From positions 186,001 through 250,000 of the IMG/VR virus record IMGVR_UViG_3300046660_000488: a stretch of DNA of 64,000 nt; one strand, written 5' to 3'. The position numbers were made by a program, and so were the translations under genes. Below are positions 35,213 through 45,400 of the stretch, piece after piece; position 1 is the first letter of the stretch; each line of letters starts with the position of its first letter. The notes beneath the pieces were generated by a model. The model saw only the letters and a list, made by a program, of their open reading frames with translations, ran no database searches and was not told the DNA's origin.

Positions 35213-38071
35213 ATGAGCCTCTACAAGGACACGGTCTTCCTCCCGACCACGTCTTTCACCATGCAGCGCCCGACCATCGCGGACGAGGCGGCTATGGTGC
35301 GCTCGTGGGGCCACCTCTACCAGAATTATGGGCCGCGCTCCGTCGATCTGACGGATGACGATCCGTTCGTCCTGCACGACGGCCCGCCATACGCCAACGG
35401 CGACATCCACATCGGCCACGCGATGAACAAAGTCCTCAAGGACTTCATCGTCCGGTCGCAGCGTGGCATGAACAAGTCCGTGGACTATCGTCCGGGCTGG
35501 GACTGCCATGGCCTGCCCATCGAGACGCAGGTCGAGAAAATCCTGCTGGAAGAAGGCGTGCAGAAGAAGCGCCTTGGCCCGGTGGCCTTCCGCGACCGCT
35601 GCCGCGAGTACGCGCAAGGCCAGATGGACAAACAGCGCGACCAATTCAAAGCGCTGGGCGTCATGGCCGACTACAAGGCCCGCTATTCCACGATGGACTT
35701 CGCCTCCGAGGCGGCCATCGCCGACCGCTTGCACCTGCTGCTGGTCGCCGGGCTGCTCTATCGCGGCAAGAAGCCGATCCTGTGGAGCACCATCGAGGAA
35801 ACGGCCTTGGCTGAAGCCGAGGTCGAGCACAAGCCGATCAAGGTCACCAGCGCCTATGTCGCTTTCCGCATCTACGCCGAAGGCAAGGACATGCGCGACC
35901 CTTCGGCCGAGTATGTGATCGCGCCGATCTGGACCACCACGCCGTGGACCATCCCGGCCAACCGCGCCATCGCGTTCAACCCCGCCCTCGAATATCGCCT
36001 GTACCGTGTCCTGCATGCGGCTGGAACCGTCCTGAACCACGGCGAACAACTCGTGCTGGCCAAGAGCTTGGCTCCGAAGGTTCTGGCCGAGCTTGGCGTG
36101 ACCGAATGGGAAGAGCTTGAGCGCTACGAGTTGGCGGGCCGCGAGTACTACAGCCCGCTGGCCAATGGTGGCTCCAGCTTCGTCTACAACAACTCCATGC
36201 CGTTCATCGTTGGCAACCACGTCACCGACGCCATGGGCACGGGTCTCGTTCACACGGCTCCGGACCACGGTCCGGATGACTATGCCTGCTGGATGAAGTA
36301 CTGCGAAGACGGCGCCGGTAGCGAATTCTACCCGATCTTGAACGCGGACGGCACGTTCAGCGAGTTGATCCCCGGCATCGGCGGGATGAACGTCCTGAAC
36401 CAGACGCCCAAGGGTGAGTACATCTTCGAGTACACCAATGCGGTGATGATCGAAACGCTTGGGTCCGCCGTTCTCGGCCGGGCCAAGGTCGAGATCAGCT
36501 ATCCGCATTCGTGGCGCTCCAAGGCGCCGCTGGTCTACCGCGTCACGCCGCAGTGGTTCATGTCCGTGGACGACGACCTGCGTGGCATCTGCGACAAGGC
36601 CATCGACGAGGTTCTGTTCCCGCCGGGCCAAGAGCCCAGTAAGGAACGTCTGAAGGCGTCGATGGCGTCGCGCCCGGACTGGCTGATCAGCCGCCAGCGC
36701 TGGTGGGGCACGCCTCTGGCGCTGTTCTTCCACAAGGACACGAACGAACCGCTGCGCGACGAGATCGTCAACGCCCGGATCGTCGAAACCTTCCGCGAGG
36801 AAGGCGGCAATTCGTGGTGGGAGCGGCCCAAGACCTATTGGCTCGAATTGGCTGAGGTCAATCCGGACGATTACGTGCAGTGCATGGACGTGCTGGACGT
36901 GTGGTTCGACTCTGCCTCCAGTCTGGCGCTCATCGAGTTTGGTCAGGCTGACCTCTACCTCGAAGGTACGGACCAGCATCGTGGGTGGTTCGGCTCGTCG
37001 CTGCTCCAGCAGTGCGCGATCCTCGACACCTACGTCGAGAATTACTACGCCCCGTTCGCCCAACTGGTGACGCACGGTTTCGTGCTCGACGCCAAGGGCG
37101 AGAAGATGTCCAAGTCCAAGGGCAACGTCATCCCGCCTGAGAAGGTTGTTGCCGACTATGGGACCGATGTCCTGCGGTTGTGGGTCGCCACCAGCGACTA
37201 CACGCAGGACATCCGCGCCGGGGACAAAATCTTCGACAGCGCGGCCGACATCTACAAGAAACTGCGGTTGACGATTCGCTACCTGCTGGGCGCCCTGCAA
37301 GGGTGGTCCGACGACGAGTGGACGCGGCCATCCAGCCCGCTGGAGAATTTCGTCCTGTCACGGATGAACGATCTGAACGAGGACGTGGCCAAGGCTTACG
37401 CCGAGTACCGGTTCAACGACGTGGTGCGGATGGTGATGAACTATTCGTCCAACACCCTGTCGTCGTTCTTCTTCGACATCCGCAAGGACACGCTCTACTG
37501 CGACCCGTTGATCTCGTCGGTCAAGCGTCGGGAATACCGGACGGCTCTGCTGCAATTGCTGCAAGCGATGACCGCATGGCTTCAACCCATCGTCCCGTTC
37601 ATGATGGATGAGGCGTTCGTGGCGCTCGGCTGGAGCCGGGACCAGCGCATCATCACGCGCGGCTACCCCATCGATTTCGCCGACGACGAGAAGAAGGCGT
37701 TGGAGGACCGTTTCGGCTGCGTGTTCGAGGTGTTGGATTTCGTCAACGACCAGTTGGAAGCCCTTCGCCGCGACAAGACGATCAAGACCGGGCTGGACCT
37801 GTTCATCCAAGTCCACATGCCCGAGCGCCACTTCAAGGCGTTCGAAGGTCTGGACGCGGCCGAAATCCTGCGGGTCAGCCAAGTCGGGCTGTTCGTGAAC
37901 CCGAACCCAAAGGACAACGAGTTCAAATTCGCGCACTACCCCGCCAAGGGTGAGCGGTGCGAGCGCTCGCGCCGGTTCTTCTACGACGTCGGCTCCGACC
38001 CAAACCACCCGACCCTGTCGGCGCGCGATGCGCTGGCGGTCGAGGAATACAAATTCATCAACCAGCCATGA
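35213..38071 (+). CDS. ileS: Isoleucyl-tRNA synthetase
   Basis: 'LHDGPPYANGDIHIGH' (HIGH), 'PGWDCHGLPIE', 'WTTTPWTIPAN' editing domain, 'GTGLVHTAPDHG', 'DWLISRQRWWG', 'YLEGTDQHRGWF', 'KMSKSKGN'. Confidence 0.97.
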   Translation: MSLYKDTVFLPTTSFTMQRPTIADEAAMVRSWGHLYQNYGPRSVDLTDDDPFVLHDGPPYANGDIHIGHAMNKVLKDFIVRSQRGMNKSVDYRPGWDCHGLPIETQVEKILLEEGVQKKRLGPVAFRDRCREYAQGQMDKQRDQFKALGVMADYKARYSTMDFASEAAIADRLHLLLVAGLLYRGKKPILWSTIEETALAEAEVEHKPIKVTSAYVAFRIYAEGKDMRDPSAEYVIAPIWTTTPWTIPANRAIAFNPALEYRLYRVLHAAGTVLNHGEQLVLAKSLAPKVLAELGVTEWEELERYELAGREYYSPLANGGSSFVYNNSMPFIVGNHVTDAMGTGLVHTAPDHGPDDYACWMKYCEDGAGSEFYPILNADGTFSELIPGIGGMNVLNQTPKGEYIFEYTNAVMIETLGSAVLGRAKVEISYPHSWRSKAPLVYRVTPQWFMSVDDDLRGICDKAIDEVLFPPGQEPSKERLKASMASRPDWLISRQRWWGTPLALFFHKDTNEPLRDEIVNARIVETFREEGGNSWWERPKTYWLELAEVNPDDYVQCMDVLDVWFDSASSLALIEFGQADLYLEGTDQHRGWFGSSLLQQCAILDTYVENYYAPFAQLVTHGFVLDAKGEKMSKSKGNVIPPEKVVADYGTDVLRLWVATSDYTQDIRAGDKIFDSAADIYKKLRLTIRYLLGALQGWSDDEWTRPSSPLENFVLSRMNDLNEDVAKAYAEYRFNDVVRMVMNYSSNTLSSFFFDIRKDTLYCDPLISSVKRREYRTALLQLLQAMTAWLQPIVPFMMDEAFVALGWSRDQRIITRGYPIDFADDEKKALEDRFGCVFEVLDFVNDQLEALRRDKTIKTGLDLFIQVHMPERHFKAFEGLDAAEILRVSQVGLFVNPNPKDNEFKFAHYPAKGERCERSRRFFYDVGSDPNHPTLSARDALAVEEYKFINQP

Positions 38072-38544
38072 CCCGCGAACACACCTACGAGGACGAGCAC
38101 GCCCGGTCTCTCGAAATGACCCTTGAGCCGGGCTATTACTGGGCCACCAACTCCCGAGGGGAGCGCGATCTTGTCGCGTTTGTCCCAGAGAACCCCGGTG
38201 GCCGTTTCAGGAACGCTCGTTCGGAGTGGGGGACCGATCTGTCCTTTGCGGACATCGTAGGGCCTATCAAGCCTCCGGAAACGGACGGCAAAGGCCCCGG
38301 CGTCGTCACGCCCATCGGCTCATACTATTGGGCGCGGGAATACGTCAGCGGCAAGGTGATGGTGGTCTTCGTGGACTGGCGCCGCGACATTCGTCCACTG
38401 GGCGGCGTAACGCGCGGATCGCAATACAGCCACAAACTGATCAGCAAGGCGATTACAGAGGATCGTCTTCCGAGTGATCGTGATCCGAATGGTCATGACC
38501 CGAGTGGTCCTGATGAGCCTCCAGTTCCGCCCGCTGTTCCTTGA
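38068..38544 (+). CDS. Hypothetical protein with duplicated 'GxYWA' module
   Basis: ATGA coupling with ileS; 'PGYYWAT' and 'GSYYWAR' repeated; Pro-rich tail. Confidence 0.6.
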   Translation: MTREHTYEDEHARSLEMTLEPGYYWATNSRGERDLVAFVPENPGGRFRNARSEWGTDLSFADIVGPIKPPETDGKGPGVVTPIGSYYWAREYVSGKVMVVFVDWRRDIRPLGGVTRGSQYSHKLISKAITEDRLPSDRDPNGHDPSGPDEPPVPPAVP

Positions 38545-39037
38545 TCGACGAGGCCATCGAGCCAAGGTGGAAGGGTAGAACCTTCAGGGTGCGGTTCAGG
38601 TGCTTGCAGACCACGCCCTTGAGGCCGGGGTTGCGGATGTGCGGGTAACGGACCTCGGGGATGATCGCGGCATCCTTTTGGGTCATGATGTACTGCATGC
38701 CCCAGAATTTGAACGCGGGGCACGGGCAGTGAACGCGGATGTTGCCTGCCCATAGCAACAGGCGCGCGGCGTCGGGCGCCGACAGGTCAGGATCGAGAAC
38801 CTGTTCCTGCCATTCGACGAACTGGATGTAGGTGTTCCAGCCGTTGTATTTGTTGGGCACGAAGAATTTGACAACGTTTCCCTTAGTCCCGACGTAGCGG
38901 ACGTAAGGAATCAGTTTCGAATAGTCGTTGTGGGGGAGCCAGTTTGGGTCCACCTTGACCATGATGTCCTTGTAATACTCCTCGTCAATGACGTGGGGCG
39001 TATCATCATGGAAGTATTTGAGGACATCGGGGTGCAT
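38453..39037 (-). CDS. Hypothetical late protein with SWIM-type zinc-finger motif
   Basis: 'VHCPCPAFKFWG...GVVCKHL' (CxC...CxH); TAAATA 5 nt before ATG; His/Asp-rich tail. Confidence 0.65.
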   Translation of the reverse strand: MHPDVLKYFHDDTPHVIDEEYYKDIMVKVDPNWLPHNDYSKLIPYVRYVGTKGNVVKFFVPNKYNGWNTYIQFVEWQEQVLDPDLSAPDAARLLLWAGNIRVHCPCPAFKFWGMQYIMTQKDAAIIPEVRYPHIRNPGLKGVVCKHLNRTLKVLPFHLGSMASSIKEQRAELEAHQDHSGHDHSDHDHSEDDPL

Positions 39038-39042
39038 CCTCG

Positions 39043-39048
39043 TATTTA
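39043..39048 (-). promoter_or_regulatory. T4-like late promoter core TAAATA
   Basis: 5 nt before the ATG at 39037. Confidence 0.55.
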
Positions 39049-39107
39049 GTTGCTGTCGATTTTTGCGTTTGGTATGGTTTAGGCATAACTTTTATTGGAT
39101 TTTGACT

Positions 39108-39401
39108 ATGAATTTCCGTCCTCTAGGCGACCGCGTTCTGGTCGAGCGCGCCGATGAGATCACCGTTTCGAAGGGTGGCATCCTGCTCGGCGTCAACACT
39201 GAAAAGCCCTCGGAAGGCAAGGTTCTGGCTGTCGGCAACGGCAAGCGCGCCGAGAACACCGGCGAACTGATGCCGCTGGAACTGAAGGTCGGCGACCGGA
39301 TCATGTTCGGCAAGTGGTCGGGCAACGAGATCAAGATCGGCGAAAAGCAATTGCTGATCATGAACGAGTCAGACGTGCTCGGCGTGATCGACGACGCATA
39401 A
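39108..39401 (+). CDS. groES: Co-chaperonin GroES (Cpn10)
   Basis: 'MNFRPLGDRVLVER', 'KGGILL', 'GKVLAVGNG', 'LKVGDRIMFGKWSGNEIKI', 'LLIMNESDVLGVI'. Confidence 0.95.
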   Translation: MNFRPLGDRVLVERADEITVSKGGILLGVNTEKPSEGKVLAVGNGKRAENTGELMPLELKVGDRIMFGKWSGNEIKIGEKQLLIMNESDVLGVIDDA

Positions 39402-39418
39402 GCGAAAGAAGATCACCG

Positions 39419-39916
39419 ATGTACGACCTCGACGGACCTGCCCTGCTCGTCTTCCCTCCGATGACCTATTTCAAGCCCGTGGACGCTCCCAAGCCGTCCG
39501 TCTTTCTGGCTGGGTCCATCGAAATGGGGAAGGCCGTTGACTGGCAGGCTGAGGCCGCTGAACGTCTTGAGAAGACGACATCGGTGATCTTCAACCCTCG
39601 CCGCCCTGATTTCTGCCCCACGTGGGATCAGAGCATCCTCGATCCGGAATTCAACGCTCAGGTCAACTGGGAATTGGACCACATCGAGCGGGCCGATTAC
39701 GTCCTGTTCAATTTCGTCGGCGAGACCATGTCGCCGATCACCCTGCTCGAATTGGGGTTCGTGAGCGCCAAAAAGCCCAAGCAGGCTCTGGTCCACTGTC
39801 CGCAAGATTTCTGGCGGAAGGGCAACGTTGACATCGTCTGCAACCGCTATGGGATGCGGATGGTGGAAGACCTCGACGAAGCCTACGACCTTATCGGATA
39901 CCAAGCAATCTGGTGA
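39419..39916 (+). CDS. Nucleoside 2-deoxyribosyltransferase-like protein
   Basis: 'SVFLAGSIEMG...DWQ', 'IFNPRR', 'QVNWELDHIERAD', 'SPITLLELG', 'YWRKGNV'-like 'FWRKGNVDIVC'. Confidence 0.8.
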   Translation: MYDLDGPALLVFPPMTYFKPVDAPKPSVFLAGSIEMGKAVDWQAEAAERLEKTTSVIFNPRRPDFCPTWDQSILDPEFNAQVNWELDHIERADYVLFNFVGETMSPITLLELGFVSAKKPKQALVHCPQDFWRKGNVDIVCNRYGMRMVEDLDEAYDLIGYQAIW

Positions 39917-39968
39917 CGGTCGGTAACTCGACATTGCCACCCCATTTCCCATCGGTTAGAACTTAGCC

Positions 39969-40337
39969 ATGATCGCAGCCACAGTGGCGTCGTCGGACCT
40001 TTCAATCCGGGCTCTCGCCTCCAACCTCCGTCTACTGCCCCGCGACCGCCGCACAGTGCTGGCCGGTTATCTGATGGCTGAGGGGCTGATGTTTCCTCCG
40101 ATCCACCTGTGGCCCATTTTCTGGGTCCTGCGGCGTATCCGTGGCAAGCAAGGGCTCTACAACTTCGTCGCGATCCTTAGCCAAATCTACCCACGCGCTA
40201 TCGACGGCATCATCGCCGATACCGCCAAGCACATGCTGGACGGCCGCGACACGGAAGATGCTGACTCCGTGGGCGGGTTCTCGCAGCGGGAACTGAACCT
40301 GATTGTCCGGTATCTGAACTCGCAAAACAACGAGTAG
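39969..40337 (+). CDS. Hypothetical protein (122 aa)
   Basis: ORF in same-strand run. Confidence 0.55.
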   Translation: MIAATVASSDLSIRALASNLRLLPRDRRTVLAGYLMAEGLMFPPIHLWPIFWVLRRIRGKQGLYNFVAILSQIYPRAIDGIIADTAKHMLDGRDTEDADSVGGFSQRELNLIVRYLNSQNNE

Positions 40338-40368
40338 TTGACATCGTCTGGATACTTGCCTATAAATA
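40338..40368 (+). promoter_or_regulatory. Dual promoter: sigma70 TTGACA-N17-TATAAA overlapping a full T4 late consensus TATAAATA
   Basis: TTGACA 40338-40343, TATAAATA 40361-40368, ATG at 40377. Confidence 0.65.
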
Positions 40369-40376
40369 CGGGCAGT

Positions 40377-40643
40377 ATGACGAACAGAAACTATGAGGTG
40401 GAACAGGGGTTCTACCAAGCGTGTGCCGAGTTGTTGAACGCGGAGTACACGTACAAGCCTTTCCTGTTTTATAAGCCCACGCGGTGGAACAACAGGGAGC
40501 CCGGCAATGGCCGGTACATTGGACACGGATTCGTCCGGATGTTCGGATCGCGCGCGATCCATGTGCAATTGCACAATCCGAGAGTGAGCGGTTCGTTCAC
40601 CTCTCCGGAAGCGGCTTTGGCCGCGATCCGCGCCGCCCTTTAA
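40377..40643 (+). CDS. Small hypothetical protein
   Basis: ATG 8 nt after TATAAATA. Confidence 0.6.
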   Translation: MTNRNYEVEQGFYQACAELLNAEYTYKPFLFYKPTRWNNREPGNGRYIGHGFVRMFGSRAIHVQLHNPRVSGSFTSPEAALAAIRAAL

Positions 40644-40679
40644 CTTGACCGAAAATAACCCCGGCTGAGACAATGGCTC

Positions 40680-41192
40680 ATGAGAGAGCCATTGCATTCC
40701 CCGCTGGGGTATTCCTATTACATCCTCGACGAGGATTTCATCGCCCAGCACAAGCTGAAGACCGATAGCGTCTTCACGCCTGACGAGATCAAGCTGCTCG
40801 ACATTTTCGTCGTCCCCGAGAATGGCCAGTCCTACAAGGGCTACAAGATCATCGAGGTCGATCATTTCGTGCTGTCGGCCCGCCGCCTGCTGATGGCGGC
40901 CGTGGTCGAGGACAGTGCGGGCAAGGATCAGTACCTCGCCGAAGACCTCTACCGGATCAATCCCGAGCAGCAGCTTACCGGCATGGGCTCGGTGGGCTTG
41001 CAGGTGAAGCGCGACGGCCTGATGAAATATCTGGAGGGCATTGCCGTCCACAAGCCGCAGCCGATCATCGACCCCAAGACTTTCGACACGGTCCATCCGG
41101 GGACGCCGGAGTACAATGCCTATGTCGAGGGGATCGTGCGGCAGATCGAGACACTGAACCGGCTGATCGAGGAAATGGACCGCTTCGGCTAA
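40680..41192 (+). CDS. Hypothetical protein (170 aa)
   Basis: TTGACC promoter-like element upstream; phage codon bias. Confidence 0.65.
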   Translation: MREPLHSPLGYSYYILDEDFIAQHKLKTDSVFTPDEIKLLDIFVVPENGQSYKGYKIIEVDHFVLSARRLLMAAVVEDSAGKDQYLAEDLYRINPEQQLTGMGSVGLQVKRDGLMKYLEGIAVHKPQPIIDPKTFDTVHPGTPEYNAYVEGIVRQIETLNRLIEEMDRFG

Positions 41193-41638
41193 TCGAAAAT
41201 CTCGTCGCGCCAGTCGCTGTGGGTCATTTTCATGAGGACCATGTCACGGACGAAGCCGTCTTGGTTCTCGACGCCGGGCGCCGACAGCAGGTAATGGGAA
41301 CCGAACACCTCGTAGACGTTCTTGGTGGTGTCCTTGGGTGCGAGGCTGAGGTTGAACCCGGCCACCCAGTCCTGCCCGAGCAGCATGTAGCGCTCGATGT
41401 CCACGTCGGTTTTTCTCATCAGGGCGAGGGACAGTTTGACGCCTTGGGCCATTTCCACCCACTGGCCACCGCCCGGAGGTGTCTTGGCCATGATGGCTTC
41501 ACACACCCGTAGAATGATATCGGCTGGGATGCCGCTGAATGAAGCTACGCCGTTAGCCATCGTGTTCCTCAGATGTGCCCCAAGCCCAAGATCAGAACTG
41601 ACGAACGTGACTTTTACGTAATGGTTCCGAGGAATCAA
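41189..41638 (-). CDS. Hypothetical protein, C-terminal motif family C
   Basis: Ends 'NQDGFVRDMVLMKMTHS...'. Confidence 0.6.
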   Translation of the reverse strand: MIPRNHYVKVTFVSSDLGLGAHLRNTMANGVASFSGIPADIILRVCEAIMAKTPPGGGQWVEMAQGVKLSLALMRKTDVDIERYMLLGQDWVAGFNLSLAPKDTTKNVYEVFGSHYLLSAPGVENQDGFVRDMVLMKMTHSDWRDEIFD

Positions 41639-41650
41639 CCCACATCGCGA

Positions 41651-42055
41651 TCAAGCGCACCATTCATCCCGGTACATTTTGAAGACAACCATGTCATTCC
41701 AGAACGCATTCGAATCGCCATAAAGTAGACCTCTATTGGGCATCGCAAGGAAGCGATTCGCGATCAAGTAGAGTGAACCACCGTTTGGATGGTTGTCGTT
41801 GGCGGCCTCATAAGCAATTTTGCCGTCGTTGATCAATGAACTTAAATCATGAATGGATGCTTCTATTTCAAAACGCCAGTTGCTACCCAGCAGCGACATA
41901 TTGACGCCGACGTTTTCCACCAAACCTATTTTTCTATTCGCCAGTTCGGTGAAGTATCCGTAACGGCGTTCTTTCCCTTTCCGGCTCACATGCGTGCGGC
42001 CTTGCGCGGTGCAGTATTCCGCCAGCGCACAGAAAAGGTTCATGTCGAACTTCAA
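41651..42055 (-). CDS. Hypothetical protein, C-terminal motif family C, low GC
   Basis: Ends 'GDSNAFWNDMVVFKMYRD'; visibly AT-richer codons. Confidence 0.6.
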   Translation of the reverse strand: MKFDMNLFCALAEYCTAQGRTHVSRKGKERRYGYFTELANRKIGLVENVGVNMSLLGSNWRFEIEASIHDLSSLINDGKIAYEAANDNHPNGGSLYLIANRFLAMPNRGLLYGDSNAFWNDMVVFKMYRDEWCA

Positions 42056-42264
42056 ATCAGCAACCCAACGATGTTTTTTGAGCAGGAAGCGATGATGGTG
42101 ACCGTCCCGAGGGCGAAACCGCCCCAGAACAAGCTCCTGACCTGCATGAGTTTTTCAAGGTCCACGATCCCTCGGTGCATGTCGTTTCGAAGCTTGGCGT
42201 AGACGATAAAGCTCGTGGTGACCGCCGCGAAGGCCAGCCACCCCATCATTGATAATGTGGACAT
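42052..42264 (-). CDS. Small two-TM membrane protein
   Basis: Two hydrophobic segments; ATGA coupling with next gene. Confidence 0.55.
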   Translation of the reverse strand: MSTLSMMGWLAFAAVTTSFIVYAKLRNDMHRGIVDLEKLMQVRSLFWGGFALGTVTIIASCSKNIVGLLI

Positions 42265-42409
42265 CGTCCCAGCTTATCAAGCCGTCATATTATCGTAAAC
42301 TAAAATCTAAAATTGTGGTTTACCGTTGTAAAAATCTCCTTACGGTAGCAATACTCAAATGGGGTTTCAGTACAGATCAAACCATCGTATACCCTTATAT
42401 TCTATTGCC

Positions 42410-42415
42410 TAAATA
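42410..42415 (+). promoter_or_regulatory. T4-like late promoter core for second fibre gene
   Basis: TAAATA 25 nt before ATG 42441, GAGG RBS between. Confidence 0.55.
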
Positions 42416-42440
42416 CCTCGAAATATTCGAGGGCTATCCT

Positions 42441-45400
42441 ATGGGCGTTCGCTACCAAGGTAAATTCAAGCAAATCAACACTCAACACAACGTGGGCAAT
42501 CGCCCGCCGGTTTGGGTGACTGATGCGGGTCTGATCGACACGGTCGATGAGTCCACGTCCTATTCCTATGCTTTCGAGGCAGTGGACCCGGAAGGCGGTC
42601 AAGTCGCGTACGCCGTTCACAGCGGCAATTTCCCGCTGGGCCTGACGCTGGCCGCTGACGGCACGGTGAGCGGTACGCTCCCGGCGGTCGCGACCAACAC
42701 GTCCTACACCTTCACCGTCCGCGCGGCGGACCCGGAAGGCGCTTACGCCGACCGCCAGTTCATCATCATGGTGGTGGACACCAACGCTCCGCCCGTCTGG
42801 CAGACCGCCAGCGGTTCGCTGGGTAGCGTGAACGAAGGCAACAACTTCACCTCGACCCTGTCGGCCACCGATCCGGAAGGTCAAGCGGTCAGCTTCGCTA
42901 TCTCGAACAACAGCCTCCCCTCGGGCCTCTCACTGGCCGCCAACGGCCTGATCAGCGGCACGACGACCGTTACCGGCGCGAACGCCCTTTCGGTCTTCAC
43001 GGCCCGCGCTACGGACCTCGACGGCGCCTACGCCGAACGCAATTTCTCGATCCTCGTGGTTCACAGCACGACCAAGCCGGTCTGGGTCACGAACTCGGCT
43101 CTGTCGGGCAACGAGCGCACCTCGTACTCGACCACGCTGGTCGCCAACAACGCGATCTCCTACACCATCACGTCGGGCGCTCTTCCGTCCGGCCTGACCT
43201 TCGACCAGTACTCGGGTGAGATCACCGGCAACCTCCCGGCCGTCTCGACCAACACCGGCTACAATTTCACGGTCACGGCCTACAGCGCCGACGACTCGAC
43301 GGCCCGCAATTTCACGCTGACCGTTGTCAACGTGAACGATCTGCCGGTCTGGTCCACGCCGCGTAACCTCGGTTCGCAACTGGAAGGCAACACGGTCAGC
43401 ATCCAACTGACGGCTTCCGACACCCAGTCGCGCACGATCACCTACAACTATTCGAACGGAACTCTGCCGACCGGCACGACCCTGTCGAACACCGGCCTGC
43501 TCAGCGGCACGCTGGCAAACGTCGCCATTGACACCCAGTTCGACTTCGACGTTCTGGCCACCAACGAAGACGGCTCGACCGCTCGCAACTTCAACCTGAC
43601 TGTTCTGGATTCCGGCGCGGCCGTCGCTCCGATTTGGGTGACCTCTACCCTTCCGAACGTCAACGAGCGCGAAGTCTACAACACGACCGTCGTGGCCAGC
43701 ACAGCCACGAGCTACGCGGTCACGGCTGGCTCGCTCCCCGCTGGCCTGTCCCTGAACGCCAACACCGGCGCCATCACCGGCACGGCTTCGAGCGTCAGCA
43801 GCAACACCACGGCCAATTTCACGATCACGGCGACCAATGGCGCTGGCTCGACGCCGCGCGCTTTCTCGATCACGGTGACCAACGTTGTCACGGCCCCTGT
43901 TTGGGTCACGAATGCAGCCCTGCCTTCGGCTTACGAAAGCGCTCCGGTATCAATCCAACTGCAAGCCACGGACGTCGAGAACCGCACGGTCACCTATTCC
44001 CGCCAGACTTTCGTGGGCGCCCCGCAACCGCCGGGTGGCCTGACACTGCTGGCCAACGGTCTACTCTACGGAACGCCGTACGCGGTCAACGCCAACACCA
44101 CGAGCACGTTCATCCTGAACGCGGTCAACGCCGATGGTTCGACGCCGCAGCAGTTCTCGATGACCATCCTGAACAACGCATCCCTGCCGATCTGGGATAC
44201 GTCATCGGGCTTGCTGTTCGAGGCTGACGAAGGCACGAACATCGTGACCATCGGCGTGGCCAACACCATGCAAGCTCACGACTCGCTGGGTCGTTCGATC
44301 TCGTTCTCTATCGCCCAAGGCTCCATCCCACAGACGGCCGCTCTCCACCCGAGCGGCTATTTCTACGGAACCTTCCCGAAGGTCCAAGCCGATACAGACT
44401 ATGATCTGGTCATCGCCGCAACAAATCCGGACGGCTCGTCCTATCAGAACATCACGATCCGCAATAAGAACGTGGCGACGGCTCCGACGTGGAATACGGC
44501 CGCTGGCAACCGCGCCTCGGCGACCGAAGGCTCGGGTTCGTTCAACTTCACCCTGTCGGCCTCTGGTGCTGACGGTACGCCGGTCACCTACTCCATCGTT
44601 GACGGCGCTCTTCCGGCTGGGGTCACGCTGAACCCGACCACGGGCAACATCAGCGGCTCGGCTCCCCGCGTCGCCAACACGACGGTCTACGATTTCACCG
44701 TTCGCGCCGACACCGCAGAGGCTTATGCCGACCGCGCGTTCTCGGTCACGGTCAACAACAACGCGGTCGTCCCGGTTTGGCAGACGGATGGCGGATCGCA
44801 AGGCAACTATTACGAGAACGAAGATTTCCAAGTCTTCTATTTCACGGCTACCCACCCGGACCTCCCGGTCCTGTACCGTCTCGCCGCGAACTCGGCTGTT
44901 CTGCCTTCCCCGATGGTTCTCAACAGCAACGGCGCCATCACCGGCGGCACGCCTCCGGTTGACGGCGGCGGTTCGGTTGATTTTACGCTGGAAGCTTACA
45001 ACTCGGATGGCGTTTCGGCTCGTCGTGCATTCTCGATTGGCGTCATCGACCGTGGCGGCGCCCCGGTCTGGGTCACGCCGAGCGGTTCGCTGCTCACGGC
45101 TAACGAGCGCACGCTGGTCAGCAACACGGTTGTCGCTACGCCTAGCGCCAACTCGAACGCCCTCACCTACACCATCCTCAGTGGCGCTACGCCGAACGGC
45201 GTTGTTCTGGCCGCCAACGGCCTGATCAGCGGCACGCTGGCTGGCGTCACCGCCAACACGACGTCGTCGTTCACGATCCGTGCAGCGACGCCGGATGGTC
45301 ACGCCGACCGTGCGTTCTCGATGACGACGATCAACATCCCGGCCGCACCGGTCTGGGTCACGAACTCGGCCCTTCCGGACCAGAACGAAGGCACGGCCAT

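Noticed and set aside
27805-42380. Shared GCAATACT...CAG(C/T)ACAGATCAA words in the AT-rich gaps next to both fibre genes
   Set aside because: Spacing differs (9 vs 12 nt) and orientation relative to the two genes is opposite; only two instances, could be chance.
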